Assembly (NCBI GenBank): GCA_020137815.1
Contig: CM035361.1
Span: 3,410,001 to 3,474,000, forward strand
Source: Hormiphora californensis
Lineage: Eukaryota > Animalia > Ctenophora
DNA: 64,000 bases
Direction: 5' to 3'
Positions 50,201-62,058 of this stretch are shown here, piece after piece (positions within the stretch are counted from its first letter, which is position 1; each line of letters begins with the position of its first letter). The notes beneath the pieces were generated by a model, which was not told where the DNA came from, did no database searches, and saw only the letters and a list, made by a program, of their open reading frames with translations. Position numbers and translations under genes: made by a program.

Positions 50201-51810
50201 TGGTACTACTCGCATCCTCCAATCCTCCATATATTGTTAGTAGCAATTTTATTTTCAAAAGTTGATGCAAAGCCTAGCAAGTAGCAACTGCCATTATCGA
50301 ACATATGAAACGAAAGTTAAAGTCCATTTTTACTCAACTGTACAAGCCTCCACTCTTGTGATAAACACGAGAAAAAAATACGTGCACGACTTTGGGGGAG
50401 GGGTGAACAGTTGAAAACAAGAATTATTATTGCATTATGTTTCATAATGCTGTGTTTCCCTGCGAACGAATACTCCAACCTACCACTATAGTGTCTGACT
50501 GTGTCTGACTGTGGTCTGGAAACCCCCTACTTATACTGCACGGAGCTTTTCTGAATCAGCTTTTCGAGACGAATCCAACGCAACCGAAATCTAGGCCTCT
50601 TATTGGCTCGCGCACCGAAAAATGACCAAAAATGAAGATGCTCAAGCCCAAACTTCCCGATGAGATAGAAAGCTAATTCCAGTTGCGTTGGATTCGTCTC
50701 GAAAAGGTGATTCAGAAAAGCTCCGTGCTCCTAGGGGGTTTCAGACCACAGTCAGACCCTACTCCAACCGATCGAGATCACTGATAAACGATGAGATCTG
50801 GTAAGCGCCGCTCACAGTCACACCAGACGATACCGTGCAATGTGATCTGATCTTCGTCCGCCAACGCCTAATTACAAAGTTATGTGAGACGAAGCTATGG
50901 TACTACTCGCATCCTCCAATCCTCCATATATTGTTAATAGCAATTTTATTTTCAAAAGTTGACGCAAAGCCTAGCAAGTAGCAACTGCCATTATCGAACA
51001 TATGAAACGAAAGTTAAAGTCCATTTTTACTCAACTGTACAAGCCTCCACTCTTGTGATAAACACGAGAAAAAAATACGTGCACGACTTTGGGGGAGGGG
51101 TGAACAGTTGAAAACAAGAATTATTATTGCATTATGTTTCATAATGCTGTGTTTCCCTGCGAACGAATACTCCAACCTACCACTATAGTGTCTGACTGTG
51201 TCTGACTGTGGTCTGGAAACCCCCTACTTATACTGCACGGAGCTTTTCTGAATCAGCTTTTCGAGACGAATCCAACGCAACCGAAATCTAGGCCTCTTAT
51301 TGGCTCGCGCACCGAAAAATGACCAAAAATGAAGATGCTCAAGCCCAAACTTCCCGATGAGATAGAAAGCTAATTCCAGTTGCGTTGGATTCGTCTCGAA
51401 AAGGTGATTCAGAAAAGCTCCGTGCTCCTAGGGGGTTTCAGACCACAGTCAGACCCTACTCCAACCGATCGAGATCACTGATAAACGATGAGATCTGGTA
51501 AGCGCCGCTCACAGTCACACCAGACGATACCGTGCAATGTGATCTGATCTTCGTCCGCCAACGCCTAATTACAAAGTTATGTGAGACGAAGCTATGGTAC
51601 TACTCGCATCCTCCAATCCTCCATATATTGTTAATAGCAATTTTATTTTCAAAAGTTGACGCAAAGCCTAGCAAGTAGCAACTGCCATTATCGAAGATAT
51701 GAAACGAAAGTTAAAGTCCATTTTTACTCAACTGTACAAGCCTCCACTCTTGTGATAGACGCGAGAAAAAAAATCTGCGCAAGACTTTGGGGGAGGTGTG
51801 AACATGGTTG
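50201..51810. repeat. 697-bp tandem repeat (about 2.3 copies), each full unit containing a MITE-like inverted repeat
   Basis: Units start at 50201, 50898 and 51595; internal arms TCTGACTGTGGTCTG...CAGACCACAGTCAGA, flanked by TACTCCAACC. Confidence 0.9.
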
Positions 51811-52338
51811 AAAAAATAGATTCATGATTTATTTTATTGAAATGATTTATTTTATCTGTATAGCTTCATTTATTACTGTACTTGTTTGCTGTCACTAGGC
51901 CACATATAATACATAATAACATACCGTGTTTTGAACTTTGTCCATGATTATATGTCACTATGTCAGGCCAATGCTGATCTGACCAGAGGGAGAGAAAGAA
52001 GAGATCTGGAGGGATATATCAGCTATTCTCGTGTGCCTCTGCCAATGCTCTGACAGATCAATTCGCAGATCGTTTCACATTTCCATTGACAATGAATCGA
52101 GCTGAGTTAATTTAAAAGAAATAAGAATAGAGCCAAGAGGTTGAGAAGCATTGAAAATTATCTGGCCCGGCAGGATGCCATGTTTTTACTGGCCTCAGAC
52201 CTCAGTGCTGCAGGATCGTAGCCCAATTGAATAAATGGACAGCTATAGTAAAGACGCTCTCCTTGTTGGAAAATATAAGACATTGCGTACGTACCGCGAG
52301 TATGCGTACTATTGTAGTTTAATTATCTCCCACCTTGC

Positions 52339-52514
<176 letters not shown>

Positions 52515-54052
52515 GGAGATGGACATGTAGAAATACACCATGTCAGAAGAAAAACCTCACAGTAGGCTGCTCCCTCTCTATTTATAATTATTTTCGTTCA
52601 CTTCCGTCTACACGTGAACTTAATTGGCATGCTGATACATACTACTAAAGTCTAAAATGTATTTTGTAATGCACAACGCGGACGTCTGTTAGTGCGATAC
52701 TTTACCACACTCCTTCTTCGCCAAAAGATTCCTGACAGGCTGTAATAATATAATTCATTAGTTGACAGTTTTGCTATAGTTTTTGATTATGCTGAATGTT
52801 GATAATATTATAGCGTGTGCATGTGATGGAAGTGGAACTAAGAAAGCAACCAAACAGAAAGTGCAAAGCTAAAACTGCACCTGACGGTGTACAGTGGCAA
52901 GATGAGAATGTCGCTGCCTTTTCTCCGAGACCTTTCCTAAAAACAGAAAAGATCCCTGTCGACCTCCTGCATCCACCAGTGAAAACAGAACCAGCAGACA
53001 ATGAAGTGATTTCTCAGGTTAATCCTAATTGTATTAAATGCGAGCTGGACGTTGTTTGTAAAAAGGAGCCTGGCGTTCTAACTCTCAAGACGGAACCGGT
53101 TGACCCTGAACATTTGGGTGGATTTACTGATTGTGATACCTTTGAACCAACTGAAGTTCCTTCCCCTGTTCCTGATATTTCTAAGACATCGTCTCATTCA
53201 AACGGTGAGTGCATCAATTTTTATTTGGATCAGATTTAATTAAAATATTCGGCTTCTACATTTTACTTTCTGTATCTTCTTTTTCTGTAAGTGTATCTGA
53301 TTTTATTTTCAGGCGAAGAAGATCAGACAGTCTCAAAAAGAGCTCGCCCTCCCGTGCGCTATTATGATACAGATTCTTTGAGCGATTCTCCAAGCGATTT
53401 TTCAAGAGATTCTCCAAGCAATCTTCAAGCAGAACCAATCATCCATCATGGAGAACGGGCTTACAAATGTAAGGAGTGCGGGAGGGGGTTTAATGACTCT
53501 AGTAACTTGAAACGTCACATGTACATACATACTGGAGACTGGCCTTACAAATGTAAGGAGTGTGAAAAAGCGTTTACTACTAGCAAAGACTTAAAGCGTG
53601 TTACGACCTAGAGGTCCTAAATAGATGAATGGGTGGTTAACTTAGATATCTTTGATTGCTAACTTTGATTGTACGAGGATCAGCTAAAACTCATTGTTTT
53701 GTTTCTATCAAGAAGTGACGATTATCAAAATCAGTTACAATGTTACATCATATAAATTCACTCTGCTCAAGTCAGGCACTTGAGCGCGGCGTGCGCGCGC
53801 GGTCTAAACTACTTCAGACCGCGCTGACCGCCTCATCCTCTCACTACATTTAGGTTCGCGCAATACATCATACATATACTACGGCTCTCATTACGTCACT
53901 CTAGCACACCGTTAAATTGTTAAACAAGTTACAAATAAAAAACAACACACGAGTTAACAATTGAAAATTCCTGGTTTAAATTGTCTAAAAAAAACTAAAC
54001 ACTTTTAAAGTCTCTTTTATAAAGAGAATCAGAGAATAAATACTTTAAAAAT

Positions 54053-57000
54053 TCACCCAGCTTGAAACCGATCTGGCGGTCTCGTCTCTCTTACAGACTT
54101 TCTCACATGAGTGTTTGTTGGTGTTTGTGTAGGAGCATGGTTTGGAATATCCGGTAACTCACCCCACTCAGTGTCACTCTCTTCCCCTTCTCCCTCGCTA
54201 TTAGAAGACGGTGGTGCTGTGATGAGTTGATCGATGTGCTTAATTTTCAATTCCTTACCAATCTTTACCCGATACATCACTTGCCCAACCTTCTCTCTAA
54301 TTACACCGCTAACCCACTTGCCTCTCACGTCTGCTTTGACAGTGTCCCCAATCTCTAGTTCTCGGCGAGAAACTAGTCTTCCTGCCGGTAACTGGTCCAG
54401 AGGGTTAATAAATGACAATCTGGTTCTCAGCTTCCTCCCTAACATTGTGCATGCTGGTGCTATGTTGGTTGCTGCAGCAGGCGTGGTGTGTTGGTATAAC
54501 AAAAACTGTGATACCCGTAAATCAATGGGAACATGGGACGCTTTCTTCATGGCCTTTTTGAACGTGCCAACTGCTGCTTCTGCAGCTCCATTTGACTTGG
54601 GAGAGTAGGGAGCTGACCGAACATGCTTGATACAATTACTACTCGTAAATTGATCAAACTCGTGTGACGTGAACTGAGTACCATTATCACTCACAATTAC
54701 TTCCGGGATACCAAATGTTGAGAACAACCTTTTCAATACACTGATTGTTTTCTCAGATGTGGTGCTCCCCATCTTGAAAACTTCGATCCATTTGGTGAAA
54801 CTATCTACAACTACCAGCCAATTAAAACCTTCGTATAGACAGTAATCAATGTGAATTCTCTCCCATGGCCTGGTTGACGGGGTCCACGGGTGAGGAGTTG
54901 CTTTTGCCGGTCTGTCGCTCACTACTATGCATTTCTCACACTCGGCTGCTATCTTTTCAAGATCTTTATCCAGCCCCGGGTACCATACATATTCTCTCGC
55001 TAGTCTTTTCATCGCGGTCTGTCCCATGTGTACCGCATGAATTAACTGCAGTACTCTCTGCCGCAATTTACCTGGAATTACTACCCTGCTGCCCCACATG
55101 AGACAACCTGACTCGACTGTCAGCTCTAACTGGCGACAGTGAAACGGTTGGAAATTACTATCTTCTCGCACGGGCCAGCCAGTCTGGACCCATCTCAATA
55201 CCTTACTCAACACGGGATCAGTCCTAGTGGCAGTAGAAACCCACTTCAAATCCAATGTACGTTCCCCCGTGTTAATTACACTAACTGACGGTAACCCCGC
55301 TGTCCAAGACTCTCCCTGATATTCAAGAGGAAAACGTGAACACAGATCCGCATTGGCGTGTTGATCTGTCCCCCTGAATTCAATCTTATAACGATAATTA
55401 GCAAGGATAAGCCCCCAACGTTGAACCCTCCCTAGTGCAGTTAACTTGAGATTCTTCTTGGGCCCAAACAGCACAACTAATGGTTTGTGATCTGTTCTGA
55501 GAACAAACTCTCTCGCATACAAATACTGATGCAATCTATTAACAGCCCACACAATCGATAGAGCCTCCCGTTCAATCTGTGCATAGTTCCGTTCTGCCTG
55601 GGTCATCTTTCTGGAGATAAACTCAACTGGTCTCTCTACACCGTCCTCTATCTGAGATAGCACAGCCCCGAGACCATAACAAGATGCGTCACAATCCAGC
55701 ACCAATTCTAATTTAGGATTGTACAATGCTAATACCTTCTCAGATATTAACTGTTTCTGGATCAATCTAAACGCCCTCATATGCTCATCTCTCACTACCC
55801 AGGCCGTGTCTTTACTCCGCAACTTATTCAACGGCTCAGCTATCGTAGCTAGGTCTTGAATAAACCTACTGTAATAACTCACTCCTCCCAGCCAAGTTAT
55901 CAACTTCGCTCTATCCTCCGGAAACTCCATCTTGCTGAGAGTTGCTATCTTATCTCTCAGTGGACTTACCCCTTCTCTGGATACTTTGTACCCCAAATAC
56001 TCAACTTCATCTACCATAACAGAGGTCTTGCTAGGTTTCGCACGCAACCCTGCTTTCTCTAGCCGGGCCAAAACTTTTCTCACCCTCGCTTGGTGAACAC
56101 TACTACTAGGGCCTGTGATTAGGATATCATCAACCCTGCAAATGGTCCCTTCTACTCCCTTCAAGACTTCATCCATTATACGTTGGAAAATCGCCGAGGA
56201 AGATGACAGACCAAATGGTAGTCTTGTCCATCTGTACAGACCAAACGGGGTATTCAAAGTAAGTAGCTCTTGATCCGCAGTACTAAGTGAGATCTGAGAG
56301 TAGGCCGCTTTCAAATCAATCTTGGTAAATTGGACTCCCCCACTTACTGCCGCGAAACACTCCTCTGTAGTAGGTAACGGATAGATGCTTGTATCAACTG
56401 CTGGGTTCACTGTCCCAGAATAATCACCGCAAATTCGGACACTCCCGTCCGGTTTGGATACTACTACAATAGGTGAAGCCCACTCTGAAGTCTCCACCCT
56501 GGTCATAATACCCTGGTTTACCTGTTCATCTAATGCCTTCTTCAAAGGCTCTCTGAGAGAAAACGGAGCTGTCCTGGCTTTACAAAATACAGGCTTACAG
56601 TCCTGTTTAACTTGGATACGAGCTTCTCCCCCTTTGTATAAACCTAGATTATCTCCAAAAGCTGGCGAGGAGAGTACCTCTTGCTCAAAACTACTCCGCT
56701 CTGATACCGCGCCCACTACATCTCCCCCCAGGACATGACCCCACATCTCGAATTCATTCAATAGGTCTCTGCCCCACAGGTTGGAGAATCCCGGTGCGTG
56801 GTGAAGTGTGACAAGACGCTGTGTTTCACCCACTTTGATATAAGCTTTGATCTGTGATACGGACTGGGATGAACCATCTGCTAAACGCACTTGCACACAC
56901 TTCTCACTGTTCACCTCATTGTTCAACTGTCCCTGACTCACGAAAGACAAGGCTGCTCCAGTATCTACAGTGAACTCCAACTCGCCACATCCCTCAACTC

Positions 57001-57187
57001 CAGCAGTTACAGTAAGGGCTCCATTCCTGAAGGAGAATGGCGGTGTTACTTTGATTTGCTGAACTTCAGCACTATGAATCACTGAGATTAACACTGAGAT
57101 TATCAATACTAGTAGAACTGAGATTTTCACTGAGATTTTCAACACTATGATGTCTATGATAGTTTGATAGGGAGTTCTTACCTTCAT
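54053..57187 (-). CDS. pol: Gypsy pol: protease, RT, RNase H, integrase
   Basis: VDTGA protease; WASPIVVV, IDLKAAY, LPFGL, RVDD (RT); CDAS...IEREAL...TDHKPL (RNase H); HAVH..C..C, IHID, SDNG, AE (integrase). The first ~35 codons are probably intronic (see findings). Confidence 0.95.
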   Translation of the reverse strand: MKVRTPYQTIIDIIVLKISVKISVLLVLIISVLISVIHSAEVQQIKVTPPFSFRNGALTVTAGVEGCGELEFTVDTGAALSFVSQGQLNNEVNSEKCVQVRLADGSSQSVSQIKAYIKVGETQRLVTLHHAPGFSNLWGRDLLNEFEMWGHVLGGDVVGAVSERSSFEQEVLSSPAFGDNLGLYKGGEARIQVKQDCKPVFCKARTAPFSLREPLKKALDEQVNQGIMTRVETSEWASPIVVVSKPDGSVRICGDYSGTVNPAVDTSIYPLPTTEECFAAVSGGVQFTKIDLKAAYSQISLSTADQELLTLNTPFGLYRWTRLPFGLSSSSAIFQRIMDEVLKGVEGTICRVDDILITGPSSSVHQARVRKVLARLEKAGLRAKPSKTSVMVDEVEYLGYKVSREGVSPLRDKIATLSKMEFPEDRAKLITWLGGVSYYSRFIQDLATIAEPLNKLRSKDTAWVVRDEHMRAFRLIQKQLISEKVLALYNPKLELVLDCDASCYGLGAVLSQIEDGVERPVEFISRKMTQAERNYAQIEREALSIVWAVNRLHQYLYAREFVLRTDHKPLVVLFGPKKNLKLTALGRVQRWGLILANYRYKIEFRGTDQHANADLCSRFPLEYQGESWTAGLPSVSVINTGERTLDLKWVSTATRTDPVLSKVLRWVQTGWPVREDSNFQPFHCRQLELTVESGCLMWGSRVVIPGKLRQRVLQLIHAVHMGQTAMKRLAREYVWYPGLDKDLEKIAAECEKCIVVSDRPAKATPHPWTPSTRPWERIHIDYCLYEGFNWLVVVDSFTKWIEVFKMGSTTSEKTISVLKRLFSTFGIPEVIVSDNGTQFTSHEFDQFTSSNCIKHVRSAPYSPKSNGAAEAAVGTFKKAMKKASHVPIDLRVSQFLLYQHTTPAAATNIAPACTMLGRKLRTRLSFINPLDQLPAGRLVSRRELEIGDTVKADVRGKWVSGVIREKVGQVMYRVKIGKELKIKHIDQLITAPPSSNSEGEGEESDTEWGELPDIPNHAPTQTPTNTHVRKSVRETRPPDRFQAG

Positions 57188-57980
57188 CCAGTTCCACTGC
57201 TCCTATGTCCCTTTTCTTGCTTCGATATTTCTTGGATGACGAGGAGTACTTGCTGGAGCTGGAGGAAGATTTTGAAGATCGGCAATCGTTCGCAATGTGT
57301 CCGGTCTCTCCACAATTGTGACATTTTGTGTGGCATTGACTCTGCATGTGCCCTTTCAGGGTGCATTTCTTGCACCGGACGTCCTTCCAAGCTGGAGGAG
57401 CCTGCTTGTTCACAACGAACACCTCACTCTTCATGGTGGGTTTAATCTGCACTGTTAGCTTCCTTGCTTCTTCTCCCGCAGTCTGCTTCACAGTAATCTT
57501 CTCCAAAGCTTGCTTAAAGGTCATTCCCGCGTCCTCTGCCAGTAGGAGTGCTCGTACTCTTTCATTATGCAGACCACAGATCAACCGATCTCTTAGTGCT
57601 TGATCTAAAAACTCCTTGGGGAAGGCGCATGTTGCCGCTCGTCTCTTCACTCTGTTACTAAATTCGAGCATGTCTTCGTTTCGGCCCTGAGTCACCACGT
57701 AAAACTTTGCCCTCTCTGCGATGATGAGTTCCTTGGGCATTACCCCTTCTTGTAGCAGGGTCTGTAACTGTTTGAATGACTTCGTAGACGGTTGTTCAGG
57801 ATACGTGAGGTCTTCGAGCATATGGTACCCCTCGCGACCGATGTGCACGAGTAGACTCGCTACTCTCTTCTCCTCAGACGACCCGTTTAACACAAATAGT
57901 TGGCTGAGTCTATCCATCCATCCCCTTAGATTTTCTGCCTTCCCGTTCCATGGTTCGATAGTCACACTGCTCGTCGCCAT
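57072..57980 (-). CDS. gag: Gypsy gag with two CCHC zinc knuckles
   Basis: CKKCTLKGHMQSQC and CHNCGETGHIANDC; LRDRLICGL capsid-like motif. Confidence 0.93.
   Translation of the reverse strand: MATSSVTIEPWNGKAENLRGWMDRLSQLFVLNGSSEEKRVASLLVHIGREGYHMLEDLTYPEQPSTKSFKQLQTLLQEGVMPKELIIAERAKFYVVTQGRNEDMLEFSNRVKRRAATCAFPKEFLDQALRDRLICGLHNERVRALLLAEDAGMTFKQALEKITVKQTAGEEARKLTVQIKPTMKSEVFVVNKQAPPAWKDVRCKKCTLKGHMQSQCHTKCHNCGETGHIANDCRSSKSSSSSSKYSSSSKKYRSKKRDIGAVELDEGKNSLSNYHRHHSVENLSENLSSTSIDNLSVNLSDS
57970..57979 (-). promoter_or_regulatory. Primer-binding site complementary to the 3' end of tRNA-Ser(GCT)
   Basis: TGGCGACGAG lies 2 nt after the 5' LTR and is complementary to ...CTCGTCGCCA. Confidence 0.8.
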
Positions 57981-59284
57981 TTGTTACGACCTAGAGGTCC
58001 TAAATAGATGAATGGGTGGTTAACTTAGATATCTTTGATTGCTAACTTTGATTGTACGAGGATCAGCTAAAACTCATTGTTTTGTTTCTATCAAGAAGTG
58101 ACGATTATCAAAATCAGTTACAATGTTACATCATATAAATTCACTCTGCTCAAGTCAGGCACTTGAGCGCGGCGTGCGCGCGCGGTCTAAACTACTTCAG
58201 ACCGCGCTGACCGCCTCAAAGCGTCATATGGTTACCCATACTAAAGAGCGACCCTACAAATGTAAGGACTGTCAAAAGGGATTTACTCAACAGGGACACC
58301 TGAAACGACACATGATTGTCCACACCGGTGACCGGCCATTCAAATGTAAGGAATGTGGGAAAGGGTTTAAAGACTCTGGACAGTTGAAAAAGCACAAATA
58401 CATTCATACTGGAGACTGGCCTTATAAATGTGAGGAGTGTGGAAAAGGTTTTGTTGACTCCATTAAGTTGAATTATCACACGAATGTTCATACTGGAGAC
58501 TGGCCTTACAAATGCAAGGACTGTGGGAAAGGGTTTAGCCAAACTCAAAACCTCAAATCTCATGAGAGGACTCATACAGATGATCGTCCCTACAAATGTA
58601 AGGAATGTGAGAAAAGTTTTTTCGAATACATACACCTCAAAGAGCACATGTGTAACCATACTGGAGACTGGCCCTTCAAATGTAAGGAGTGCGGAAAAGG
58701 CTTTCTTCGAATTGGACACCTCAAACCACACATGATGACCCATACTGGAGAAAAGCCCTTCAAATGCAAGGTGTGTGGAAAAGGGTTTGCACTGTCTTTC
58801 AGCTTGAAAAAGCACAGTTATATCCATACTGGTGAGCGGCCATTCAAATGCAAGGAGTGTGGAAAGGGTTTTATTGAATCCGCTCGTCTTAAACGTCACT
58901 TGGCGATCCATGATAGTGAAGAAAAGTCACATGAGGTGAAAACAGTACAAATGTAAGGAGTGTGGGAAATTTTTTGAGTTTTGATCTTTAGTTATTAGAT
59001 TAGGTCTTAATTTTACTAGCAGCATTATTAGAGATATGAAACGAAAGTTAAAGTGAAAGCGAAACATTAAGGAACCTCTCCGGTAAGATCATTATGCGCA
59101 ACGAATGCGCGACACGCAGCCAGTTCGTTGATGTGAGGGTCAGCACACACCAGCGCTGATAAAGTTCTCTTTCCCCCATTCTCACAGTAACAATCTCGCG
59201 CACTATTTTTACGGTCGCGTTGGATGACAAAATTATTTTGGCGTAGGTGTGTGCTGAGCCTTTCGCTTTCACTTTACATTTATT

Positions 59285-59417
<133 letters not shown>

Positions 59418-59439
59418 GGGAGGGAGAGATGGAGAGAGA

Positions 59440-59533
59440 GAAATACACCATATCAGAAGAAGAACCTCACAGTAGGCTGCTCCCTCTCTATTCATAATTA
59501 TTTTCGTTCACTTCCGTCTACACGTGAACTTAA
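59440..59533 (+). repeat. Extra copy of the ZNF upstream segment (GA tract + CACTTCCG motif) with no downstream CDS
   Basis: Nearly identical to 52530-52624. Confidence 0.75.
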
Positions 59534-60038
59534 TATATATCTCTCGCTCCCTGGTCATCTCTTTCTCAGATCACGCGATCCACGCCAGCCTAGGCTGACG
59601 TGGCAGCCTCTCCTCTCGGCACGTCGTACCATCCCCTGTACGCGGCTTCTCGCTATTCCTACTCATCTAAAATATTGACCCAAAATCTCTTCTTCTAATA
59701 TCTCTCCATAACTATTGTAACAAATAAATAATACCTATTCTCCCCCAAAGAATTCCTAAATATCTATATCCTCCTAACTCACTCTCAACCATCATAAGAT
59801 CATCAAATACCTATCTGAGAGAGAAACAATTTAGGAACACGAGGAACCTAACTCGTGTGCCCTACAACTATGACCTGATTAGGTAAATAAAATGGCACGG
59901 TGTGATCATGCTGTTTTTAGATTTCTCTTACCGATGCTGTTTTTCAAGCCCAAACGTTGATCAGATAAGTACAATCGTCCCGTAGTGGCTCATCCTCTAC
60001 TACATCGAATCCCCAAACTTCCATGTTCTTAGATTCCT

Positions 60039-60151
60039 CAGGTGTGAACTGCATGGGAGATTTGGGTTAGTTCAGGTGTGAACTGCCAGTCAGGTGTGAA
60101 CTGTCAGGTGTGAACTGCATGGTTTGGGTTAGGTCAATAGTGTGTGAACTG
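60039..60151. repeat. Clustered CAGGTGTGAACTG repeats
   Basis: Four full copies plus one partial. Confidence 0.7.
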
Positions 60152-60701
60152 GATGATTTAAAATAGGTCATTGGATTGCATTTATACCCTTGAAAAGGTC
60201 ATATACTGCTGTTTTTGTCTTGTACTGGGTTATAATGAACTTTTCCCGAAAATAGTGGCTGAACATGCATGCTCACAATCGTTAACTAATAGCATGCTGT
60301 ATAATAGTACCGTTTCAGCGACATATGCTCCCAGAAGAACTCCAGAATCCTTAAGGTACTCTGCACTTCGGTAAATCCATACAACCACCTCAGTGTCCCT
60401 CTTATCCTTTCCATCTGAGATAAAATATGTCAGTGGAAATGTGACAATTTGGTTGATTGGCGTTAATTAAGTTTATTAATTACTCATTGTCAATGGAAAT
60501 GTGAAACAATCAATTGTTGTTTTTGTGGTTGATATCAAACAACTCGGTGGTTATTCTGCAGCAGCTTGGAATTTAACTAAACGCGTGGGCCCTAACTCTC
60601 TTTGTTCTGCTGCAACGTGAGTTTATTAATAGTTACATCAGTGGCGAAGAAAAGAGCAAAAGCACAAACTTCACTTTTACTTCAGAGAAGAGGAGAAAAA
60701 G

Positions 60702-60755
<54 letters not shown>

Positions 60756-60808
60756 AGAGCGAGAGAGAGAGAAGAAGAGAGAGATAGAGAGTGAGAGAGA
60801 GGAGAGAT

Positions 60809-60886
<78 letters not shown>

Positions 60887-62058
60887 GGTGAGAAAGATAA
60901 ATGAAAACGAGGGAAAGAAAGATAGTTTACCGATATAGTTGTACAGCGGATGTATGTACCTCAGGTTCAGGCCACTAAGATTTTCCACTGAGACTCAGCT
61001 GAGACTATTTCCCCTATTGCAGGTACTCACAAATATCTTCGTTAAATCCAGTAATAATGAGATGAGGGTTGATTGTAGCTGGGGTTGCTATCACGTGCAG
61101 TATAATGCAGATATGCTTTATGTAACACGGTTGCTTGTAGTGGGAAAACGGTAATGGAAAACGAAGATACAGTAAGACGACGCGCAACCGTGACCAATCA
61201 GGGCGCTAGTACGTGCTGACACATGAACTTTTTGCCGCGCGTTATGCACCGTGCGTGTCTCCTTACTGTATTTTCATTACGGTAATTTGACTACAAGCAG
61301 CACTGTTATGCTTGTTGAGTGGCGACTCAACAATGTTATGCAGAGCTGTGACGTGATATGAGCTGTGTGAGCTGGGAGAGTGTGTCCATTGGGTGCAGGG
61401 AGTCTGATGTCCTCGTCATTTCAACTTAGTCATTTTTATCAGTCATTGTGTGATATTAGTCATTTTTGTCACTTAATGTTCATGACTTACATCGATTGTT
61501 GAATTCACAAGTAGGCAAATCTGAAATGGTATGCTTTTTAGTATCCGCTGAGAAACTGCAGGTAACGACATCATCCCCAATCAGATTTAGAATATCCCCG
61601 TCCCGGGAACAGGTAACAGTCAGGGTATCTCCGTCATTTTGGATTGGGCCCCAGAAACCAGAGTTGGCGATGGAAAACTCAGGACAACCTAGATAGTATA
61701 AAAAGTGATGCTCAATTTGGCTAGTTTCTATTCATCCTAAGGATAGTTATAACCGTTTTGACGTGAACACAACGGGGATAAGGCATGCCTTAGAAATTAC
61801 CTTTTGTACAAATAGGTGCATCACTGCTCCACTCCGCATCAGTACTAGAGACAGCATTACAAGTAAGAACACTCTCACCCTGTAACTCAAAGAAATCTGC
61901 ACAGGAAACTGTCGTGACATTTCCAATCTCCGCCGATTCGTATTTGATGAGTTTACTGTTTGCAATCGTCAGACCTGGACAAACTGAAAGCGGAAAATGT
62001 TAATAAATAGCGATTGAAAGCCCTCGCAAGTTACCGAAATATAAGGTGTTGTAGTTTA

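Larger units (their letters stand above)
53599..58218 (-). mobile_element. Full-length, recent Gypsy (Mag-like) LTR retrotransposon
   Basis: 237-bp TG...CA LTRs at 53599-53835 and 57982-58218 that appear identical; 5-bp TSD AAGCG at 53594-53598 and 58219-58223; PBS TGGCGACGAG; short purine tract before the 3' LTR. Confidence 0.97.
52826..58956 (+). pseudogene. C2H2 zinc-finger gene copy 2 (10 fingers), interrupted in finger 2 by the Gypsy element
   Basis: Exon 52826-53204, intron, exon 53313-53598, resuming at 58224-58956. Removing the element and one TSD restores ...SKDLKRHMVTHTKERPYKC. Confidence 0.85.

Noticed and set aside
57082-57187. Hydrophobic, membrane-like N-terminus of the pol ORF (IIDIIVLKISVKISVLLVLIISVLISV)
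   Set aside because: Better explained as a translation of AT-rich repeated AATCTCAG units in the putative intron. There is no evidence for a real anchor or an env gene.
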